DNA of 64,000 nucleotides. Origin: Balanoglossus misakiensis (taxonomy: Eukaryota > Animalia > Hemichordata). A program made the position numbers and the translations under genes. Location: contig CM082576.2 of assembly GCA_040954595.2 (NCBI GenBank), forward strand, positions 14,883,129 through 14,947,128, written 5' to 3'. Each line of letters opens with the position of its first letter. Positions within the stretch are counted from its first letter, which is position 1. Shown one piece after another: positions 43,401 through 55,900 of the stretch. The notes under the pieces were generated by a model. The model did not search any database, was not told where the DNA came from, and saw nothing but the letters and a program-made list of their open reading frames with translations.

Positions 43401-46400
43401 ATCATGTTAGCCAGAAATAATCAGCGAGAAAGAGATAATGAAGGAATTGGCCGTTTTCTGATTTTCTCGCTACCCACCTGACCTAACATCTAGGTAATCC
43501 AGCTTTTTGGTTTAGAAAGAAAAAAATCTGCAACGGCCAACCACATTCCCTGCACTCAGAAGTGAATTACCACTGTAACTCGTTTCTAAACAAAATTGTG
43601 TAGTTCTAGTAGCAAAATGGTGAATATTGAAAAAAAACAAACCTCAACATACAGTACATGTATACCCCACTCAATCCCAAAACTTTGAATTAGAGCTCTA
43701 TATGTTTGTTTGTCTGTCTGTCCCTTCATCCATCCATCCATATATCTGTCCATACAAGGAATGCACTATTTTAATCAATTAGTTTTGTGACGTGTTCCAA
43801 AATGGCTGCTTGGTGGCCACTTTGTTTTTACCTTTTTCATGTCCAGAGCCTACATGGACATGACCAAACATACAATGTAGGTAACTGCAGAACATGCATG
43901 CCTGAACCAAATTCATTCAATCTTGGTGAAAAAGACAATTATGTACCATAATAAACACAGCAATTTTTTAAAAATATATTCCAATATATAATTTCCAGGG
44001 GCTCTTCCAGTGACTATCGAGTAGGGGCTATGACATTAACAATGACTTGCTCAGTTTTACCGCAATTCACCGCCATTCACCCCCCCCCCCCCCCCCCGAT
44101 CCCTATTTAGAGGTCCAACCTTACCATAGAAAACAATGGGTTTGGACTGAACCACTGCGGTGAAAGGGTTTAAATTTGACGAATATCAGTTGTTTTCAGT
44201 ACTAGCACTGGTAAAGTGAAGTTTAATCAATTCAACACTTGTGAAATGTCTGGTTTCCCAAGTGCGAATTAAAGGTAACGATTGTGAGACTCTTCTGTAG
44301 CAATATTCTTTTGAGGATACTTGACAAATTCAACAGGTTGTCCTTTGACGTGAAGCAAAGCCGTCGACTCTACAAATGAGGAGATTTCATAGCATCGATT
44401 TTTCTCTGTGGAGAGAAAGAAAGAATCACATCTTAACATTAATTGGCTAACAAGGAAAGAAAAATGTTAAATGCGGCCACTATACCATAGTCCTCTTCAT
44501 TGCATCAATGTTCTCATGGTGCTGGAATTTTGTATTCTTTAGGTCTTTGTAGAAAAACCTCATGTCACAGTGGCATAAGCATATCTTGAGCCAGGTTATG
44601 TTTACTCTCTTCCTCCATTTGCTGGCCTGCACACAATGTTTCTGCATACTGCATTAAAGGGACAAAGTCTTTCTCGCTGCCCCTTTTCCATTAATTATTT
44701 TTGATACAAGATACCGTTTATTTCATTCTGCATGTGGATCTAGTGCATCAACGTTCGATCACACACACCTTCCATCCCGCTTGTAGACACAAGAGTGAAA
44801 AACTCATCAAAATGAATAATCAGTGTTTACCTTTTATTCATTTTGGCGGGATTTTTATTCTCATATCCTACAAACGGGATAGAAGTTGTGTGTGGTCAAA
44901 CGTTGATTCACCATACCACGACTAAACTTTTTATGGGTATGTCAATATGGAAGTTGAATGAAAAGGTTATGTCCGCAATTTTGGCCTTGCCAGTAATTCT
45001 TAACATTTACCTGGGTTCTATAATATATATCTCAAAATGAAAAATCAATATCATTCCGATTACGAAAAATATTTGAAATGGGCTGCTGGATATGATGACT
45101 TTACAATTACCTTTAATGGTAATTTACATATATGTAAAATAAAATTGAAGAAAGTATGATTTCAGTGGAACTGACTGGACTCGAACCCCCAGGAAAGAGA
45201 GTTTACAAAATCCACATTTTCATGGCATGTTCATATATGAAACCAGTTTTTGTTCTTCAAATTCATTCAGAATCATCACTGCGAGAGAGTGTTTGAACTT
45301 ACTTTCCGAAGCTTCAAATCCGTGGAAATGTACTGGTGTGACATAGTTGACCAAGGCTGACATCTCGGCACCAGCCTCTACTTCTTGACCGGCTGTACCC
45401 TATTAAAGAACCAGGCATATACACCATGATGGACGTTGACCGAAAAATCATCAATAATTCACGTGATTTCTCCGACATACACGTACATCACACATATATC
45501 TTCGGTTCTTGTGTGTCAGATTATGGATTATGGAAAAGTTACAAGTATTCAAGCAAGGGCCTCCAGCCACAACGCTCAGAAGACAGAGGGAAAAAAATTG
45601 CTGAGCCACCTTGCTGGAGGGACAGTTCAACGACCCAGTAATTGACATATTCATATTCTGCCAGCTCAAAAACGCACAACAGACAAAACCTGAAGTTCAA
45701 TAACCTAACCACCACTGGTGCAGTCAGAAAACCCGCGTCAAAATGTTCAATGGGATGGAATCCAGCCACGCACAATTTGAAACACTCAAAGCTCCTATAG
45801 CTGCCAAATTTCACATATTTTTTTCCACAGTAAGATACTTCAAATATATTCCCTATCCTCTAAAATCTTCATTGCAATGGCATCAGTTTGTCATCTCTTG
45901 CTGACGCATAACACGATAGCGGCATACTGTTACTATGGAGGCTGATTAAATCAGCGAGGCACTGTTTTAATACACATATGTAGCGTGTTCAAATTGCAAC
46001 ATACAGTCACAATCGGGCATCGATAACGTGTTCATGTATACCTATCAGTAAGCTTATTTAGGTGGAGCAATTGAAGTGGAAAAAATAAAATCATGAAAAT
46101 AATGCAAAAAGTGGCAGCTCTAGAGGCTTCAACGCAACTAAAGCCAAGAGTAGGGCTCTAAAAAAGACCAAACATATTTCAAGCTATAATTTTACTTCAA
46201 TACACACTAGTATGCTTATTGACTTTTTCTATGAAAGTGGTTCTAAACTATATGTAGATGTTTCCCCAAGACACTCTGCGTGAGAAATGGGATTCAGAAA
46301 CTGACTTCCAAATTGCGATTTATAAACATGTCATTGTTGGCAACACACTACCTGTTCAAACCACTGGTATTCCCATGGGTATACTGGCCCAAATACACTG

Positions 46401-49400
46401 TACTGAGAAACGAATACATGTCCTATGCATGTACTAAGTAATTTTCTTCCAGTGGGTGTGGTTAGTTTTCATATTTATTGAAACAGAACTCAAAACTTAT
46501 AAATTATGAAAAAGAAACCCACGCACCTTTTCACGTTTTTCCCGAAGTCGTGCTTTCTGCTCTTCTTTAGAGAGTCCTTCTCGCTCATCATCACTGTCAC
46601 TTTCATAATCTTCATCTATCGTGTCCATTTTCTCAATGTCAGGCGTTTTGTCCTGTCCAGATGATGTGCCCTTTGACACCACCTGCTTACTATCATCGTT
46701 TTTGTTGGCGACGTCGCCCTTGAATGACGTTTCGTTCTCCTTGTCGTTTGTGTTCTCTTTAGATTTCTCGCTTTCGTCGTTTCTCGTCGCGTCCACACTT
46801 CCGTTGCTGACCACGTCGGCGGCCGTGCTGTTCTTGTCGGAAACACTCGGTGGTGCCACTGATTTGGACCCTGAAAAAGAATCATTCAGAAATGGTGTGT
46901 TGTGATCGGTGGTGATTTTTAGACGAACTTGACGTCACGTACAAAGTCTCCTCTGTAAATCAGGAGTGTGAATCTATCTCACTCTCGTCACACTGAGAAT
47001 TCAGTGAGATCGACGTACTTAGAACAAACATTCACTATAGGCTAGGCTTGCGCAAGATTTTTAGCAAAAGACACTCAGCATATCACAGGCATACAGGAAT
47101 ATTAAGAAATCACTGAAGATGGCCTCATTGTAACCACATGTACGTGTAAGAATTTCACATGATGATGTGTTGTGGTCTTAATTATCTGATATCAAAATGT
47201 TTTATTACACCTCACGTATTATACCATATTCGTGATTGGCTGAGACGCGCTCACGTGATATAGAAAAAAAAGTGATATAACATGGCTAGAGTTGATAAAG
47301 CCCTGTCGCGTGCGCTGATATTGCCCGCTGGGTTGTTTTGTGTTCTGCGCGCGACTTCTGCGCGTTCCAAACTGTCCTTCAATGGCTTCCTCCACGATCA
47401 GTCAACTCCCGCATCTATGGCTTCAAAGCGACACATAGGCTTAACACCTGTTCAACTGGACGATATTTTACCACAAACGGACAGTAAATACAACAAAATC
47501 GCAACCAACAGTGCAGTATTTTCAAAATAATCCAAGTTCGAAGTAGGTATCGTATAATTCTTGGGAGATCGAGACATTTTACATTCTCAGCAACGTACGA
47601 CATATGGACGCGCGTCTACGTTCTTCTATGCCTGCCTTGTATGTACGTTCAAATGTTCGGCGTAATAAAATTAATAACACATGATGCTCGGGCAACATCA
47701 CGATTTGAAGCCTGCCCTCGGGCTGGTGATCTCTGACCACAATATTGATGATACCCTCGCCTGCGGCTCGGGCATCATCAATATTGTGATCAGAGATCAC
47801 CATCCCTCGTGCAGGCTTCAAATCGTGATATTGCCCTCGCTATCATGTGTTATTATTTAAATAAATTATATACTCAATTTTAAATAATAAATGGAGGAAA
47901 GAACTACCTGCAAAACTGATTTCTGCTGAGCATTCTCATAGAACATTCCTGAGAGTCTTCTGATCAACATACAATTTCAAATGTTGGAAAATATACAAAT
48001 GTTTTTACTCCCAAGTTTTCGTAAAATTTCCTAAATTTTCTCTGGAAATTTGCACTTCAGTGCATGAAAATTGCTGTTTATATTATTTCTTAATTTTTAG
48101 GCATACCACATTTGCATTGTGTGGGTTCATGGATACTGGGTCTTGTCTGGGCCTGAGTCCAGGAAGTGAATACTGAAAAACTATTAAAGCTAGTCAAGAA
48201 ATTGATGAGTTGTATTATTGCAATTCTATCCAAAATTTGGCCTCAAGCTGCATCTGCTGTGATTTTTTTCGTAAACAAGCAAATCAATTATTAAGAATAT
48301 TCTCATCTAGATGAAAGTTTCAAACATCCATGAGATGAACAGGCTAATTGAATACTGAGGAAATTTGACGGAATTAACTTATAAATATCATACTAGAATT
48401 GTCATGATTGTCAAAGATATGGAGACTAATTTGCCAAATCTTTTGAAAAGATATTTACTATTTATACTTTCATATAAAATAAATTTTCCTTAAGCATATT
48501 TATAAGAACAAGAGCAGTTCTATCGCGAAGTTGTTTATTTGAGTCTTCATACATATTTGTCAATGGAAAGATCCCTTTATGTATTCATGTATGTTGTGAG
48601 TGATTTCAAGTGCACCATCTGGATGAAAGATTAACCATTAATATTTTAAGCTAAGTACCAGTACCACTGAAACTCAAACACAGTTCTGCAACTGACATAG
48701 ATACAAGTTAATAGTCGGTTGTTTACCCTTTAGGCTGTTTCTAAGAATCAGTTGCTTGAATAAAATACAGTGGTCAAGGCTTCATCTAACAAAAATCTCA
48801 GCTTTTCAGTTTTTATAATATATGGATGATTTGATTTGAAAGCAGCTAGGCTTCCTGGAACTTGCCTCTGGACGTGAAGATTCGACATCCGTTGATCCAT
48901 TCATTATTTACAGTAAACAAATTTATGCAATCAATTTTGTGTCATTCAGTCAAATTTTCCCAAATTATCAGTGGGAGGATTGAAACTCTTGCTCGACCAT
49001 GGAAGCTAAACTGTGACTCTTGCGCACAATATTTAACATGCATGGTATCTACTGTAAAACGGGTTATTTTTCGCGACAGCAAATTTTCGCAATATCAAAA
49101 GAGGCAACTGTAATGCGAGGATTAATTTTCGCGATCTTGTATTTCACTGATTTTATCTTTATCTCCGAAAAAGAATGTACGCGTCTTTTTGTTTTAACGT
49201 TTTTTTGGCTCTCGCGTATTTCGCGAAAAATTTATTGCTCGCAAAAATAACCTCTTTTACAGTATTTTGTACATGTTGTAAATGATAGGAAACCATGATT
49301 ATTTGCTCTCTAACAGTCTGTTGCTAGAACAGAGAATTGAACCAGTTGTTTGTCTAACATGATCAAAAGGATTGTTGGGGATCTCGGTTTCACATGGAAG

Positions 49401-52400
49401 CTGGTTATAACTGTACTTGGTTTGTCTTAAACTCTTCCCATATACCATCAGTGACTGTTAATATTCAAAGCAAAAGCTTGTTGCCAAAAAGCGTTTTCTA
49501 TGCTGGATAGGCACATTTATGATTAAAAGCCATGCAAAATTGCTTGCTGCTATGGTTACTTGTTAGATGCAACCATACAAACTGCACAAACAATCAGCAT
49601 AAGCACTATGAAAGCTGCATTCTAAAAGAAAATTGACATGACTCAGACAGCAATAAGCATTTATACCTGCAGCAGATATGCCAATGTGATTGAAATTGGT
49701 TGTAGAGATTACAAGCGCGCTAGCTGTTTCTTTGCTGGGTTTTTGCTGTCCTCTTGTTTTTGCTGTTTTTGCCTCTCATCTGACCAACCACCATAGGGGT
49801 CTCATTCAAATCACATCATCCACGGCAGCCAATGAAAGTATGTTTTACAGATGGCAGCACTGGGGATATGTTTATAGGAACTGATGAGATGTAGACTGGA
49901 GCTGGTGTCTGTGAGACATTCAAATTTTGGAAAATAGTTTCCTAGTTGCATACATGCATGCTATTTTTCATTGCAATATTTTGCCAATTTTTGTAAGAAT
50001 ATCAGTGAGTAACAGCACAAGAACACATATTGGTAATCTATGATTTCAATTCATATATATGTGCCTTGTATGTAAAGTATCAAAGCTGTTTAATTGGTCA
50101 ACATCCCTTGCCAAAGGGTAAGAATTGGGTGAGACATATCCTACGATAATTGTTCAATTAAAGAAAGACAACAGCAACCAAACTAAAATAGCAAAGTCAC
50201 CCAGCAAAGGTAAAGATACAGCTTATCAATCTCTTCAGCTGATTTCAATCAGATTACAGATTAGCATAATTAGAAGTAACCACTCCATAACATCTACAAA
50301 TGTAGATGTAATTACCTTCACCACTGTCAGTGTTACATTTATTCTCTGAGTTTCCCTGCGTCTTAGATGAAGTCAGAGAACTAATGCTTGACTGCTTTCT
50401 CACTAAAACAATAGCAACATTTCATGGTTTATATTCACTTCAAACATAATACATTGCACAATTTATTTTTCCAAATGTACACATGGAATTTTTGATATCC
50501 TGTGAAATCAAATTTAATACATTGAAAGACTTCAAGTTACTGAATGATACCTGTATATGAATCAACTTTTAATGCACTTTGATTCATGGGGAAAAACTTG
50601 CCAAACTTGGTGCTTTCATCATGTGAGGATATGATAACATGATAACATCTCTGTATCATTAAAAAATGAAGGGAACCACGAGTACCTGTGCGTTTTCTGA
50701 CTTTTTCTGGAACTTCCTTCTTCTTTTTGTTTTTAACTATGATCTTCATTGCTAATGTCTTAGGACTTGGCAACGGTACCGCTGACTTCAGCTAAACACA
50801 AAACACAGAGTGGAGATGAAAATGAGAGTCGGGGCTACATGCAAGTGTTGAAGGATTATAACCATGTAACTTCCATGTGAAATATTACGTTGCTTCAAGC
50901 AATTTCGAGAAATCTTACACCCTGCGAACTACAGTAATCCAAGTTGCCTCAGACATTTTAAGACACCAGTTTCTACCTGCTACATTATGTGTGTGAGCTC
51001 CCGACTTGCTCATGTGGGGGAAAAATTCTAGGTTATTGTAAAGGTCTACTCTAAATTGACAATATTTCCCATTGTCCTTATTTTTATATATATTGTACAT
51101 GTATATCGATGAATTTAACATACAAAAATATTGAGAAACAGGGTCCCTTCCAACTTTTTTAGTTACAGCTTTGAATTTGTGGGAAATGCTGAGTCAGCAC
51201 TTTTCTAGCACAACCAATGCTATACTGTTTTCCTATGGTGAAAATATCCGAACAGCTCTATCAAAAATCAAGTACAGCGACATAGTGTTTTCTTTACATT
51301 CATCTAATAAATAAGCTTCACTTTTGACACCTTTTGTGTAAATTTCATGAAAATGACTGGGTTTTGGACTGAACCATGGTGGTGAAAGTGTTAAAAGCTG
51401 ACTGCACTTACTGGCCATTCTTCAAATGGATCTATCAACAGCAGATCGCCAAATATTGTTCGGCAGTACTGTGCCATTTTAGCCTGTTGTTTCGGTCTGT
51501 GGAGTAATCAGAAAACAAGAGTGAGACACTATATTCTAAGATGTTTTTCTTTCATTTGTCTTATACACAGTCCCTCTACAGCTGTCATATGATGGCACTT
51601 CAGAACATTCCTGCAACTGATGTACACATCCACACACACACTTTTGAGACACGTTATCCTCACAACAGCACAGGCCCATAATGCCATCAGTAATCTAAGC
51701 CATTCCAGTTAACAGGGAACCGTTCTCACACAATTTTTCAGTCAGAGTCCGACCCAGAATGTTTCAGAGCCATCTTTATGGGTTGTGTCTGCACAAGGCA
51801 CAAGTGTGTCAGTCCCAATATTCATTTGTTCCACAATTCAACCGAAAATTGGTCTCTTTTTGATACCCGGTCCAATCGGCCTATGGTATAAAGCTAGTCA
51901 GTTGTTATAAATTATGCGATAGTTTAGTAAAAAATATAAAAAACTTTATCAAGCTTCTACTCACGAACAGTGATTCTCAAATGAAAGAATGACTGGAAAG
52001 ATAGATGTCTTGAATGCACTCTCTGCTATGGCTTCAATGACTTCCTGCATAATAGAGAACATTGAAGATTTTGCTGTTAAAATAAAAACCTGTCTAAACC
52101 AGACTCCAAAAAGAATTGGAAAATTGTTTAGTTTAGATGTTCAATGTAGATGGGTTTAATTCAGTTGGTCTTTGAGTAAATGTGTAGTTTTAAGTTGATG
52201 ATGTGACTTGTATAACTTGCATAAGGTAGACCGGGCATTTCTATAGATATAAAATAAACTTTTGTCAACACATGGACCTGTTGTTGTTGTTGTTTTGTTT
52301 GTTGTTGTTTTTGAGGGGGGGAGGAAACAAAACAAAAATAAAGGAAAAGGTCAGGTGTGCATTGGTCTCCTCCTTAAAGCATTATCGGTAGATCAAGTTT

Positions 52401-52909
52401 GCATATGTTTGACGTCACTGGCTACTGAAAGTGAGAGACATGTCTTGGTATGGTACTACTAGATATTCCTCCTCGTTCAAAGAAGATCAAGAAAACTTTG
52501 ATTTCCTTGATTTTCAAAATTCTCCTCAGCATCTTTGTTAGCAATAATATGAATCTGTCACTATATTGCCTGAACCATCTGCAATGTTGGAACAACTTTC
52601 TACCTTGAAAGATATTTCAGTGCACATGGTATAACCATGTGTGATGATAGGTTCTTCCTCGGGCGCTTTGCCATCCCAGCAATCAAGTTCAACACAACGG
52701 CATCCAGCCAGTAAAACCTGGCGGTAGATTTCCACTGAAGACTTCCCTGTTAATTGATGGCCTGCAATGATACACATTCAATATTTTAACCTGCAGTTCC
52801 AGCAAACTGTTTGCTCAAAATCATGACCTGCCAACTTCTAAAACGTCATGATTCTTGAGTGATATCAAAGGATGAGATAGTGTCTACTCTGTTATCATCA
52901 TCAGCGTCG

Positions 52910-52969
<60 letters not shown>

Positions 52970-55900
52970 CATATACCTGGAGCCATGTTCCTGTTTATTA
53001 AAGGCAATGGAAAAGCACCATCATATTTGTGTAATACGTTGCCATATCACACTTATGCACACTTGTCTAAATATTCATTTTTTTCGCATGCGTTTCTGAA
53101 CTACTGTCATTCTGGTTGTTATGTGCAATGCTCTCTCCAAATGTTTCCTTTACTTTGTAAACATGCAGACCTGCATGAGATTTGAAATATGTCTTCCTGT
53201 TTACGATAGCAACAGCAAAGGGGTGACATGTGTTGAATTTTCTAGTCAAGGCTAGTGCAAACTGAATTGCTGATAACCCCTACTGATTTTGAAAGATGAG
53301 AAAGTAAACTACAAAATACATAAATCAGAGCAAGGATATTCAGTCTGCATGTATTAACATTACTATTGTTCGTACTGTTAGTGAGTTAACAATATTATCA
53401 AACCCATCGGATAAATCGCGTTCGGTACTTTTTCCCATGATTCAAAATGCATTAAGTTGATGAAACCCCAGAATGCAAAAAAGTTTTTTTCCTGAATAAC
53501 CGAATCCAAAGCTTAGTACATTATGTAAACATCAGTCTTGCTGTATTTCCCCTTTAAGATTGATGTACATGGAACGTTTTCAAGTTATATGGTAATGTTT
53601 GATGTAGGGGAGAGGGGTTATTACCTGTGAGATATGTGTTGTGAGATGAATTAATAAAATAATGAGCCAAAGGTTGATCCATATCTTCATTTAAGTCATA
53701 CTTATCGGCAGGCACAATGTAGTTGTCAAAACTCAATAAATACTTGGTAAAACCTTCTATTGAAATATGACCTGATATGGAAAAAATAAACATAATTTAT
53801 TTTAGACATAAAACAGATGGTAGTTTATTTTAAAAGTTGTAAGAATACCCAGGTGTGTTATTTCCAATCACAGAATAATAATTCTTCAAAGTGCTCATTT
53901 GTCATGTGTTCATAGAAATTTTGCTGTAATCCATCTGACACCTTCACAAATGAATGAATATACAGTGACACTTTTCTATTAACCACACCTTCACAGATGG
54001 AAAATATGTACTTAATAGAGAGATGTCCCCCAAGGAAACCAAATTTGCTTCATAGAGTTGATTCCTTATGTTCTAAAACACAATGTGCACAATTATTAAG
54101 TACATGTAAAACAAAATACTTTCTTGTTCTTGCAAGTGGTACATATCCTGTCCAGTGTACAAAGTCAATAATATAAAACAATTTTTTGTATTTTCTTTTT
54201 TACAAATATACACACCAACAGATGGACATTGTCAATTCTATTGGAACTTGGACTGTACCATTCTCTGGTGGGGTAGACAGATGGTGCAAGTCACCATCAT
54301 CCGCTCGCACTGGTCGTTGGCTCTATTTTCAGAGAGCAAGACCATGGCGGGCAAAGATGGCTTATCACTGGACTGTAAGACTTGACAATGTCCCAACAAA
54401 TTATTTACAGAACAGATTTCTAGCAACTCAGACATAAAAAAGTTGTGATACCTTTCCTGCCAAGTGATTTATTCTGTTCATAATCACTGATGAGCTCTTG
54501 TGTCTTGGCCTGAGTCCAGAGAGGAAACAAAACCTCATTGAGACGAGGATCCCTCTGTTCTGTGTTCATAAATTTTGTGAATTGTTCCACAGTAAGATAA
54601 GGCTTATTCTTGGCTCCTCTGTCAAGATCAACAAAAAAATCAATAGAGTTATTCTTCGTTTGATATCAAAATTCATTTCACAATGTGTTAAAATTTATAA
54701 CTGTAAAACAACTGTGAATAAAGAAAAATACATTTCCTGAAGAACTATGGTATTTTTGATAAAGCCACAGTTGGATTGAGATAACAAAACAGGCTTTATT
54801 GCAAACCATGAAAAACAAGTGACGAGTTATGGCTGTAGCATAAAGACAATTAATAAGACACAGGTTCAAAGTTAGCTGTTTGCATGGTTAGGATGAGAGC
54901 AAACTGATTCAAATCAGATGTAGAGTTAGGCACTTGTGATACTAGTAGTTTTTGCTATTCTGTTCTGATGGCTTTGGCTGTTCTAGCTGTTCTCTGTCTT
55001 GGCTGTTCTTGGGCGTAAATTGTACATGTAGTGTGGGGGCCCCTTCCAAACAGAACAGCCAAGAAGAAGAACAGCCGAGAATCAGCAAAGGTAAAGACCA
55101 CACCCAACTCTACATCTGATTTAATCAGATTGGGTAAATGCTATTTCATCATTAAAGGAGGGGTTTGCCGGTACTTTGAATACTATGGGCAACATTTTCA
55201 TGCAATTGGCATAGGCAAGGAACCCATATGAACACAATTTTTCAATTTACTTTGGTTTGCTTGTTTGTTTTTTTTGTTTTTTCGATCTGGTTGAATAAAT
55301 GTGTCTTTGTCACATTTTCACACATCTAAATTTTTATTTAGGGAGAGGGATGAAGGGGTTTTTGAGGTCATGGCAATATTATCAATGCTGTTAATACATT
55401 ATGTCCACTAATGAAATGGAAAGCAGTTATTTTTTAAGCTAGAAAATGATCCAAGGATTACTGTCCATGCATGGGTAATAAAACTGAAAGATCAACATTA
55501 ATAATTGAACACATTTTCATGAGTTTTGAAGGTACATGGAAATTAAACATTTATTCCTCGGCGCCATAAAATATCTTCAAGACGAATGAAGTGACTGGCA
55601 TTATCCATCACATATTGTTATCTTCATACAAATGTTTGGCAAAGCCTATTGATGCATGTACTGCACTGTTTATAGACTGCATTGTGTTCATGCTCATTTA
55701 TTATTTAAAATTTATGAGTTATCATCACAGGCAATGGCTTCCGAGCCGGACACCCGGGAAAACATAACATTTTCCTGTGATTGGAGTTTTTAAAGAAACA
55801 TTTTTGATTGATTGCTTTATGCTTCTTAACTGAAAACAAAAATAGAATAAATTTGGTTGAAGATAATAAGAACTTTTCTAATCAGAATTTTTAGTAGGAG

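Noticed and set aside
47282-47821. ORFs inside the hairpin element as a possible transposase or recombinase
   Set aside because: Only 62-82 aa, with no DDE, tyrosine-recombinase or HUH motifs; the element is non-autonomous
49667-49774. 108-nt open phase 1-1 segment as a further X-Y linker exon
   Set aside because: The acceptor is GAG with no pyrimidine tract, and a competing CAG 5 nt upstream gives stops; unsupported without RNA data
52859-53185. 108-aa ORF with poly-Ser
   Set aside because: Produced by the (TCA)n microsatellite, antisense within an intron
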